Below, piece by piece: positions 56,859 to 64,000 of a DNA stretch of 64,000 bases. Under the pieces are notes generated by a model. That model searched no databases, was not told the DNA's origin, and worked only from the letters and a program-made list of their open reading frames with translations. Both the position numbers and the translations under genes were made by a program. Numbering within the stretch: position 1 is the first letter of the stretch; each line of letters opens with the position of its first letter. Source of the DNA: Bacillota bacterium (GTDB lineage Bacteria; Bacillota; Sulfobacillia; JAJZYS01; JAJYTV01); assembly GCA_021793645.1 (NCBI GenBank), contig JAJYSJ010000003.1:44993-108992 (forward strand). The letters are read 5' to 3'.

Positions 56859-57410
56859 TCAACCCGCGATGGGCGCCTTGAGCCTGCGCAGAGCGTGCAG
56901 TGCGCCAGCCGCCAAGGAGAGCAGCGTCACCTGCACCTCCGCTTCGCCGTAGGCGTTCACCTCGGCCGGCCCCAAAAGCTGAGGCTGCAAAGACAGTTCC
57001 TGCGGTCGAAGGCCCCGTGCCGCGAGGAATGTCCCCAGCACCGACCATGCGGCGCCATAGAGGAGCGCCGTGGTTGCGGGGTCGCCGGTGCTGCCGCGGG
57101 CTACGATACGCAGTGCGCCAACCGGAGCGGAGCGCAGGGGGCTCAAGAAGGCGGAGAACGCCTCGATAGACCGAAGCGAATTCGGGCCAGACCCGCTCTC
57201 CTGCGCATTGCCGTCGGGCTTTGCCGGCGGGGACTGCCGCTGCAGCGGCAGTTCGGGAAGGCTGCTCCAGCGCGACAAGGTCCAGGCATACAGGCGGACT
57301 TGTGCCACGCTTACACCGGGATAGGCCAACCGCAAGGACAGCCGCAGCGGCAGAAAAAGCATTGCGAGAAGAAACACGAGGGCGCCCAGCAAGCCGAATC
57401 CGAGTGTCAA
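56859..57410 (-). CDS. DUF2953 (YtfI-like) protein
   Basis: N-terminal TM, TGDPATTALLYGAAW motif; follows scpB. Confidence 0.7.
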   Translation of the reverse strand: MTLGFGLLGALVFLLAMLFLPLRLSLRLAYPGVSVAQVRLYAWTLSRWSSLPELPLQRQSPPAKPDGNAQESGSGPNSLRSIEAFSAFLSPLRSAPVGALRIVARGSTGDPATTALLYGAAWSVLGTFLAARGLRPQELSLQPQLLGPAEVNAYGEAEVQVTLLSLAAGALHALRRLKAPIAG

Positions 57411-57427
57411 CGCACCATCCTCCGAAC

Positions 57428-57943
57428 CTAGAATGCCTCCTCCTCCGGCTCCGCTTGCGCCAGTTCGGGCAAGTCGGCAAGCGACCCAAGGTTGAAGCGA
57501 CGCAAAAACTCGCCGGTGGTGCCGTAAAGCGGTGCGCGTCCAATGCCCTGCGAGCGGCCCACGACCTCGATCAGGCCGAGTTCCAGCAGCGTCTGAACCG
57601 TGCGTTCGGAGCGCACCCCGCGCACTTCGTCGATCTCGGCGCGCGTGACGGGCTGGCGGTAGGCGACCAGTGCGAGGGCCTCCAGCGCCGCTGCAGAAAT
57701 CTCTCCAGGCGCCGCAGGCAGGCGGTCCGAAAGGTATGCGCCGAGATCCGGAGCCGTCGTCAGGCTCACCTCGCCATCGTGCCAGGAAAGCACGATGGCG
57801 TGCCCTTCGAGCCGCTGCTCCAGTTCGCCAAGCAGCACGCGCACCTCAAGCGCCGTCGTACCCAAATGACGGGCGATGGCGTCCTCACTGTGCGACCCCC
57901 CGCTGGCAAAGAGAAATCCCTCGAGTTCGCGCCAGCTAGCCAC
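57428..57943 (-). CDS. scpB: SMC-Scp complex subunit ScpB
   Basis: LEGFLFASG, AALEALALVAYRQPVTRAEIDEVRGV, LYGTTGEFLRRFNL; GTG 57943. Confidence 0.92.
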   Translation of the reverse strand: MASWRELEGFLFASGGSHSEDAIARHLGTTALEVRVLLGELEQRLEGHAIVLSWHDGEVSLTTAPDLGAYLSDRLPAAPGEISAAALEALALVAYRQPVTRAEIDEVRGVRSERTVQTLLELGLIEVVGRSQGIGRAPLYGTTGEFLRRFNLGSLADLPELAQAEPEEEAF

Positions 57944-58613
57944 GATGCTCTTCCTCCTGGGCCACCAGATAGAGGGGTCCGTATAGGCGCTCCTGATCGA
58001 TGCCCGCTTCACCGAGGCGCGTCAGCTCCAGCGCCCCAAGCACCTCGAGGATGCCTTCGCGCCGCGTGCGCTCCGGCGCCGCGATGCGCAGCCTGCGCTC
58101 TTCGCGCAGCGCACGGCGCAAGGTCTGCAGGACGCGCCGGAACGCGAGCCGCGGTCTCGTTTTCAGCCGTGCCCTGCGCCCCAACCGGCGGGCGCGCCGC
58201 TGGACGCGCTCCATCGCTTCGACGAGGATGATCGGTGGGTATGACGCCAGCGGCGCACGCGCAGGGTGGCGAAAGACTGCCTGCCGTACTCGCCGGCGCA
58301 GGAACGGCACCCCGATCTGAACCTCAGGTGCATCCTGCGCCCGGGGCACCGTGGCGGCCTCCTCGTCATCATCGTCGAGGTTCCACTCGCCTCTCTGCCA
58401 CGCGGCCTTCAGGCGAATGAGACGTGCCGAGAGGACCGCGAAGTCTCCGACGTCGGCCAGCGGCAGATCCTCGGCGCCGCGAATCTCCTCCTGGAACGCC
58501 CGAGCGATGCGACTGAGGGAGATGTCTGGCAACGGCAGATCGCGCTCGAGGCACAGGCTGACCAGCAGCTCCAGCGGCCCCTGGTAACGCTCCTGCTGCA
58601 CCCGAAACTCCAT
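57936..58613 (-). CDS. scpA: Segregation and condensation protein ScpA
   Basis: YQGPLELLVSL, DFAVLSARLIRLKA, LGALELTR...QERLYGPL; ATG 58613. Confidence 0.85.
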   Translation of the reverse strand: MEFRVQQERYQGPLELLVSLCLERDLPLPDISLSRIARAFQEEIRGAEDLPLADVGDFAVLSARLIRLKAAWQRGEWNLDDDDEEAATVPRAQDAPEVQIGVPFLRRRVRQAVFRHPARAPLASYPPIILVEAMERVQRRARRLGRRARLKTRPRLAFRRVLQTLRRALREERRLRIAAPERTRREGILEVLGALELTRLGEAGIDQERLYGPLYLVAQEEEHRG

Positions 58614-58990
58614 CTGATCTCCTCCCGTTGATGCGGACAACAGTATACCGCAGCGTGGGGCGAGATGGGGCGGGAGAGCGTGCTGGCCGCCGCGCCGAAC
58701 AGCGGGGTGCAGCATCCAGGACATCGCTCTCGACTGCCAGTTCTCCTCGCAGGAGGCCACGTTCACCAAGGCGTTTTTTCGGCGTCGATGGCTGACGCCT
58801 CCCGACGCATCTGGTCCCAAGATCCGTCGGCAACCGGTCGGGAGTACAAGGGAGGCGCCCCCGATTTGAGGTATACCCCGCAGTCGACGAAGGGCCGATG
58901 AAGATCGTGATCTTCATCCCGGTTCGCTAGCGGTTCAGCAGCAGGACCCCGCCGGCGCGAAGTTGCGGCCGGTGGGGTCCTCCGCACTCG

Positions 58991-59341
58991 TCAGGCCCTT
59001 GCCCGAACGAAAAAGGCTGCGAGAACGCCGAAGATCAGGGCGGCCTTGATGCCGGCGCCGGTCGCCTTGAAAGCCCCGCTGAAGACCGAAACCCACCCCT
59101 CTTTCGGGATCTCCTTGATGATGCCCGCCACCATGCTGTAGCCGAAGCCTGGCAGAGGAATGGTCGCACCGGCGCCGGCGAACTTCGCGAACGGCTCGTA
59201 GATGCCGATCCCGCCCAGAATGACCCCCATCACCACTCCACCGACGAGGATGTGGGCCGGCGTGAGGCGCGTCAGGTCCATGACGATCTGCGCGATCATG
59301 CAGAGCGCGCCGCCGATCAGGAACGCCATGAGGAATGTCAT
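58991..59341 (-). CDS. spoVAE: Stage V sporulation protein AE
   Basis: FLMAFLIGGALCMIAQ, FAGAGATIPLPGFG; ATG 59341. Confidence 0.92.
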   Translation of the reverse strand: MTFLMAFLIGGALCMIAQIVMDLTRLTPAHILVGGVVMGVILGGIGIYEPFAKFAGAGATIPLPGFGYSMVAGIIKEIPKEGWVSVFSGAFKATGAGIKAALIFGVLAAFFVRARA

Positions 59342-60399
59342 CGGACCGCCTCCACTTCGACCGCGTGGGCGATCGTGGGGATCGATTCGCCCTGCTGGTA
59401 GGTGCGCGGGCTGTGCAGGCTGCCGGTGGCCACAAGCAGCATGCGGTGCATCTCGCCGCGGCGCAGGCGCGGCAGGGCCATCGCACCGAGCACAAGTGCG
59501 GAACATGCGGCGCCGGACCCTCCCGCGTCGACCTTCTGATCGTCCCGATACAGCAGGATGCCGGCGTCCTGCAAGCGTTCGCGCGGATGAACGCGTTCCT
59601 CTGCGAGCAGTTCCTCGAGCAGTGGATGTCCGACGCGTCCGAGGTCGCCCGTCAGAATCAGTTCGAAGTCCTCAACACTGCGGCCACTGCCCTGCAGGTG
59701 ACGCAGGATCGTGTCGGCGGCCGCCGGCGCCATGGCCGCGCCCATGTTGTTGGGATCCTTGAGCCCATAGTCCTGTACGCGCCCGACCGTCGCCGAGACG
59801 ATGCGCAGAGTGGCGCCGTCTCCTTTGGCCGGCGCCGAGGGAGACTCCCTTTCCGCGGGATCCTCCACGAGGAACGCCGCAGCGCCGGTAGCCGTCCACT
59901 GCGCGGTGGGCAGGCGCTGTACTCCGAGTTCGATCGGGTAGCGATACTGCCGCTCTGCCGACAGGTGGTGGCTCGCTGTCGCCGCAATGGCGCGCCTCAC
60001 CGACCCCGACGCGACCGCCATAGCGGACAGCAGGAGAGCCTCGCTGCTTGTCGAGCAAGCGCCGTACACGCCTACCAGCGGGATGCCGATGTCACGGGCA
60101 GCGAAGTTGGCCGTGACGATCTGGTCAAGAAGATCGCCCGCGAACAGCAGGTCGACGTCGCTGGCGTGTCGTCCCGCGACCGACAGAAGCAGGTCGACCG
60201 CACCAGTGAAGAGTTTGCGCTCGGCGCGTTCATAACTCTTCTCGCCCATCGTCTCATCGCGGACAATGCGATCGAAATGGCGCCCGAGCGGTCCCTCCGT
60301 CTCCTTTTTGCCTGCCACCGTGGCCCACGAGGTCAACACGGGAGGCTGCTTGAATGCGAGGTGACCGCGCCCCGCAAGCGCGATCTGTGTTGCACTCAC
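59338..60399 (-). CDS. spoVAD: Stage V sporulation protein AD (DPA-binding)
   Basis: GKKETEGPLG, AGDLLDQ, GACST, ERQYRYP, TGDLG, GGSGAACS; GTG 60399. Confidence 0.93.
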   Translation of the reverse strand: MSATQIALAGRGHLAFKQPPVLTSWATVAGKKETEGPLGRHFDRIVRDETMGEKSYERAERKLFTGAVDLLLSVAGRHASDVDLLFAGDLLDQIVTANFAARDIGIPLVGVYGACSTSSEALLLSAMAVASGSVRRAIAATASHHLSAERQYRYPIELGVQRLPTAQWTATGAAAFLVEDPAERESPSAPAKGDGATLRIVSATVGRVQDYGLKDPNNMGAAMAPAAADTILRHLQGSGRSVEDFELILTGDLGRVGHPLLEELLAEERVHPRERLQDAGILLYRDDQKVDAGGSGAACSALVLGAMALPRLRRGEMHRMLLVATGSLHSPRTYQQGESIPTIAHAVEVEAVR

Positions 60400-60839
60400 G
60401 ACAGAACCCCCCGCAGTGCAAAGCGCACGATCCCGACGATGAAGGCCGCGAACAGGCCATAGGCAATCACAGGGCCTGCTACCTGAAAGATGCGCGCGCC
60501 TGTGCCCATCACCGCACCCTCGTTCCTGAACTCGATGGCCGGCGCGACAACCGCGTTGGAAAAGCCCGTGATCGGGAGTGACGCTCCCATGCCCCCCAGC
60601 ACCGTAAGCCTGTCGTAAAGCCCGGTCGCCGTGAAAAGCGCGCCAAGGAAGACCATGATCACCGCAGTCGGGGCCTTGACCGTCTCTTCGGAGTAGCCGA
60701 CGCCTTGCAGGGCGGTCTGCACGCCCTGTCCCACGAGGCAAATCGCACCACCGATCAGGAACGCCCAAAAGGCATTGCGCGCGACGGGACGCGGCGGCTC
60801 CACCTGGCGCGCCCTCTTCTGGTACTCCTTCTTTTCCAT
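60396..60839 (-). CDS. spoVAC: Stage V sporulation protein AC
   Basis: AFLIGGAICLVGQ, GASLPITGFSN, EFRNEG, AGPVIAYG. Confidence 0.93.
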   Translation of the reverse strand: MEKKEYQKRARQVEPPRPVARNAFWAFLIGGAICLVGQGVQTALQGVGYSEETVKAPTAVIMVFLGALFTATGLYDRLTVLGGMGASLPITGFSNAVVAPAIEFRNEGAVMGTGARIFQVAGPVIAYGLFAAFIVGIVRFALRGVLS

Positions 60840-60867
60840 GAGGGCACACTCCCTGAAAGAATGAGAT

Positions 60868-60895
60868 GCACGGGCGGGGTCGCCCCCGCCCGTGC
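60868..60895. other. 12-bp GC stem-loop between dodecin and spoVAC (terminator or RNA stabiliser)
   Basis: GCACGGGCGGGG-TCGC-CCCCGCCCGTGC. Confidence 0.45.
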
Positions 60896-60902
60896 CTGGG
60901 CC

Positions 60903-61103
60903 TTAGTCCACGAATGCTACCTTTACGTTGGCCTTGTACTCGACGAGCTTACCAGACTCGACCTGCGCTGTCCAGTTCGCAACCTCGACACCGGAGATGT
61001 TCTTCACGGTCTTGGACGCCTCGCGGACTGCCGAGGCCACCGCGTCCTGCCAGTCGGTGTGCGATTCCCCGACGAGCTCGAGCACTTTCACGATCGGCAC
61101 CAT
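60903..61103 (-). CDS. Dodecin family flavin-binding protein
   Basis: KVLELVGES...WQDAVASAVREASKTVKNI...EYKANVKVAF. Confidence 0.88.
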   Translation of the reverse strand: MVPIVKVLELVGESHTDWQDAVASAVREASKTVKNISGVEVANWTAQVESGKLVEYKANVKVAFVD

Positions 61104-61158
61104 GCATCCCTCCCTCGTTCACCGAGTTAGAGTGCCACGGCGACGCCGTGCGATACCT

Positions 61159-61902
61159 TCAGCGGCCGAGGAGCTGGCGAACCCTTTGCAACGCCCTCCG
61201 CTCGATGCGCGAGATCCGTACCTGGTGCGTGCCGAGCCGCGTCGCCACTTCCTGCTGGGTCTGGTCAGCGAAAAACCGCAGGAAGAGGACGGCCCTTTCC
61301 TCCTCCGTCAACGTCTTCAGCGCCTCGCGAAGATCGACCCTGTCGATTGCCTGTACGTCGTACGCGGCTCCGTCCTCCAGCCGATCGATGCGCAGGAGGT
61401 CGTCGCGGTCGCCATGCCCGATCACCTCGTCGAGCGAGTGGACCGCCTGTGTCGCCTCCAGCGCCTCCAGCACTTCGACGACGTCCATCCCTGCCTCGTC
61501 GGCGATCTCCTTCGGGGAGGGTTCCCGGCCGCTCCGCGCCTGCAAGGACTCCGCGACGTGTCGAAGCTGCGCAGCGCGCTCGCGGATGCGGCGGCTCACC
61601 TTAATCTGTCCGTAGTCGCGTAGGTAACGCCGAATCTCACCGATGATCAGTGGCACGGCATAGGTGGAGAAGCGCACACCGTACGCCTCGTCGAACCGCT
61701 CGCAGGCACGCCACAGGCCGATCGAGCCGATCTGGAAAAGGTCCTCCGGCTCGACGCCGCGACCGCTGAAACGCGTTACGATCGACCATACAAGGCGAGC
61801 GTTCTGGGCAATCAGCTGCTCGCGCGCCGCCGCCTCTCCCTCCCGCACGCGGCGCAGGAGCTCCATCTGCTGCTTGTGCAGGCGGTCCGCTGAGGGCGCC
61901 AT
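61159..61902 (-). CDS. sigF: Sporulation sigma factor F
   Basis: NARLVWSIVTRF, DLFQIGSIGL, FSTYAVPLIIGEIRRYLRD, QVRISRIE; downstream of spoIIAB. Confidence 0.93.
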   Translation of the reverse strand: MAPSADRLHKQQMELLRRVREGEAAAREQLIAQNARLVWSIVTRFSGRGVEPEDLFQIGSIGLWRACERFDEAYGVRFSTYAVPLIIGEIRRYLRDYGQIKVSRRIRERAAQLRHVAESLQARSGREPSPKEIADEAGMDVVEVLEALEATQAVHSLDEVIGHGDRDDLLRIDRLEDGAAYDVQAIDRVDLREALKTLTEEERAVLFLRFFADQTQQEVATRLGTHQVRISRIERRALQRVRQLLGR

Positions 61903-62330
61903 CAGCTTGCCTCCGCTGGGGCCTCCCGGCGCTTGCGCATCTTGACCCGGGTGCCCCGCCCAGGCGCGGACTCGACGGCAAACTCGTCGGAGAACGATTC
62001 CATGAACACAAACCCGAGGCCCATGCGCTCGGGATCGGTGCTGAAGGATGCCTGCCTGGCCTGGGCGATGTCCTCGATGCCGACGCCCTGGTCGCGCACC
62101 TCGATCACGATCCCGTCCTCCAGTTCCTCGCAGCGGAGCGTGAGTGCACCCTCCTCCTTGGGGTAGGCATGCACCACGACGTTCGAGGCGGCCTCGGACA
62201 CGGCAACCTTGATCTCCTCGATCTCAGCGACGCTGAAGCCCGCATTGGCGGCGAACGTCGCCGCTGCAACCCGGCACAGCCCAACATTCTCCGCCCGGCT
62301 CGGGCAGTGCAACTCGAAGTGGTTCGCCAT
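61902..62330 (-). CDS. spoIIAB: Anti-sigma F factor
   Basis: ENVGLCRV, EIKVAVSEAASNVVVHAY, DQGVGIEDI, ERMGLGFVFMESF. Confidence 0.95.
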   Translation of the reverse strand: MANHFELHCPSRAENVGLCRVAAATFAANAGFSVAEIEEIKVAVSEAASNVVVHAYPKEEGALTLRCEELEDGIVIEVRDQGVGIEDIAQARQASFSTDPERMGLGFVFMESFSDEFAVESAPGRGTRVKMRKRREAPAEAS

Positions 62331-62656
62331 CAGCGCGGCACCTCGCTCTCGGAGCGCAGCACAGGCACGACCTGCGGAACACCGCTCATCTCCAGTACGG
62401 TGCGCACCGCGTGTTGCGCCCCAACCAAAAACATCTCGCCGCCGAGTTCGCTCAACCGGCGATATCGCCCGAGGAGCACACCCAGTCCCGAGGAGTCGAT
62501 GAACGGAACCTTGCGCAGGTCGACGACGAGGCGGCGATGACCTCCGTCGATCAACCCGTCCAACTCCTGGCGGACGCCTTGCGCGGCCGTCAGGTCGAAC
62601 TCTCCTGCGAGCGCCGCCGTTGCGGTACGTCCCTGCAGCTTGACCGTAATCTGCAA
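62330..62656 (-). CDS. spoIIAA: Anti-anti-sigma F factor
   Basis: STAS domain LAGEFD...FIDSSGLGVLLGRYRR; TTG 62656. Confidence 0.93.
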   Translation of the reverse strand: MQITVKLQGRTATAALAGEFDLTAAQGVRQELDGLIDGGHRRLVVDLRKVPFIDSSGLGVLLGRYRRLSELGGEMFLVGAQHAVRTVLEMSGVPQVVPVLRSESEVPR

Positions 62657-62846
62657 CTCATTCCCTGCCCCTTCCAACTTCCCCCGCCGCTTTCGCCCAT
62701 TTGCGGTGCCTCTCCTCCTGACACCGCTCGACGGCCCGGGGCGGACGGAGCCGAAGCGAGGCGAACAAGCGCGCACGGCGTCAGTCCTTGGCGACGAAAA
62801 GGCGCCCCGCCGGAAGATCCGGAGGGGCGCCATGCAGTAGGGCGCC

Positions 62847-64000
62847 TTAGAAGCGGACGACAGACCGGAGTAGCCCGGTGAAGAGGCCGACCCAGGTTGC
62901 GCGGTGGACGCACTCATTCGCCACGAGCGGAACGGCAGCGATCTGCTTGCCTCCAGCTACGATCTGCGCCTCCCCCACCGCCTGCCCGCGGCGCACCGGA
63001 GCTCGCAGTTCAGTCGGAAGCTTGGGCTGCAGCTTGACCTTCAGCTTCTCACCGCGCGGGTGCACCGCCCGAACGTCCCTCGCCACCACGACTGGAACGC
63101 TCACCTGCGTGCCGCGCAGCACCTTCACGGTACCCAGGGACTGGCCGGATTTCGCGAGCAGGACGGCTTCGTAGTTCGAGAATCCGCTCTGAAGGAGTGC
63201 GGACGTATCGGCGAAGCGCTGCTTGGACGTCGCGTCGCCCATCACGACGGCGATCAGGCGCAGCCCCTGACGCTCCGCCGTCGCTGTGAGGCAGTAGCCC
63301 GCGCGGCTCGTGAAGCCCGTCTTGAGCCCGTCGATGCCCGGTACCTTGCCGAGCAGCCGGTTGTGGTTGATCAGCCAGAGATGACCGCCCTTGCCGTCGC
63401 GGATCGTGCGGTCCTCCCGCTGGGACGTCAGGGCGAGGAGGCCAGGATCGTTGACGACGGCGCGGCCCAGCTTCGCCATGTCGGCGGCTGTGGTGTAGTG
63501 GCCTTCCTGGTCCAGCCCGTGGCTGTTCGCGTAGTGCGTGCGAGTCATTCCAAGACGTTTGGCTTCCGCGTTCATCTGTGCGACAAACGCACCTTCCGAG
63601 CCGGCGAGGTGCTCGGCGATCGCCATGCAAGCGTCGTTCGCGGAGCCGATGGCGATCGCGCGCAGCAGCTGTCCGAAAGCGATGGTCTCTCCAGGTTCGA
63701 GCCAGATCTGCGAGCCGCCCAGGCGGTAGGCATTCTCGCTCACGGAGACGGGATCCGTCATGCGGGCACGGTGGACGGCTACGGCATTGAGTGCCAAGTG
63801 GAGCGTCATCAGCTTGGTCATCGATGCCGGCGGCCGCTCCTCTTGGGCGTTCTTTGAGAAGATCGTCTGACCGGTCGACGCCTCCACGAGGACAGCCGAA
63901 GGCGCGCTGACATCGATCTGCGCCGGGGCCGAGGGGCCAAGTGCAGCGGGCGACGACGCCGCAGCGGGAGCGAAGCTGCTGGCGAGCAACAAGGCGAGGC
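62847..64000 (-). CDS. dacF: D-alanyl-D-alanine carboxypeptidase DacF (start beyond window edge)
   Basis: PASMTK, IGSANDA, DGLKTGFT; directly upstream of spoIIAA. Confidence 0.92.
   Translation of the reverse strand, partial: LALLLASSFAPAAASSPAALGPSAPAQIDVSAPSAVLVEASTGQTIFSKNAQEERPPASMTKLMTLHLALNAVAVHRARMTDPVSVSENAYRLGGSQIWLEPGETIAFGQLLRAIAIGSANDACMAIAEHLAGSEGAFVAQMNAEAKRLGMTRTHYANSHGLDQEGHYTTAADMAKLGRAVVNDPGLLALTSQREDRTIRDGKGGHLWLINHNRLLGKVPGIDGLKTGFTSRAGYCLTATAERQGLRLIAVVMGDATSKQRFADTSALLQSGFSNYEAVLLAKSGQSLGTVKVLRGTQVSVPVVVARDVRAVHPRGEKLKVKLQPKLPTELRAPVRRGQAVGEAQIVAGGKQIAAVPLVANECVHRATWVGLFTGLLRSVVRF

Noticed and set aside
1-64000. CRISPR array, rRNA, tRNA or IS transposase
   Set aside because: No regularly spaced repeats, RNA-gene signatures or DDE/HUH transposase motifs were noticed by eye; a tRNAscan or Infernal run would be needed to exclude small RNAs.

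Overview
High-GC chromosomal segment of an endospore-forming Bacillota member (dacF-spoIIAA-spoIIAB-sigF, spoVAC/D/E, scpAB, gerW/ytfJ, yhbH, spoVR, prkA). Main finding: the sporulation gene yhbH (DUF444), whose stop overlaps the spoVR start, is split by a 14,152-bp element. The element ends in an intact large serine recombinase, has 23-bp inverted att arms (21/23 identical) and a shared central TC dinucleotide. Excision at TC rebuilds a 356-aa YhbH with the conserved HFTDGDN motif, which points to a skin-like, developmentally excised element in a target gene I do not recognise from described cases. The element holds paired primase and integrase relics, a decayed selenoprotein-type glutamine amidotransferase, an intact CoA-activase/dehydratase-like pair and spore-related cargo. 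A separate ~20-kb accessory block between DUF2953 (ytfI-like) and ytfJ encodes a full trifunctional propionyl-CoA synthase (Pcs), divergent from an MCR-N-like SDR, an Fe-ADH and a soluble LytS/LytTR pair. The same block has an AhpD-like CxxU selenoprotein with a clear SECIS-like hairpin and a frameshifted hicA toxin. Also present: a leucine-catabolism cluster without a biotin carboxylase, a DnaK with the diderm-type insert, and a PanC homologue with altered active-site motifs. No rRNA, tRNA or CRISPR array was seen. All family calls come from motif recognition; no database searches were run.
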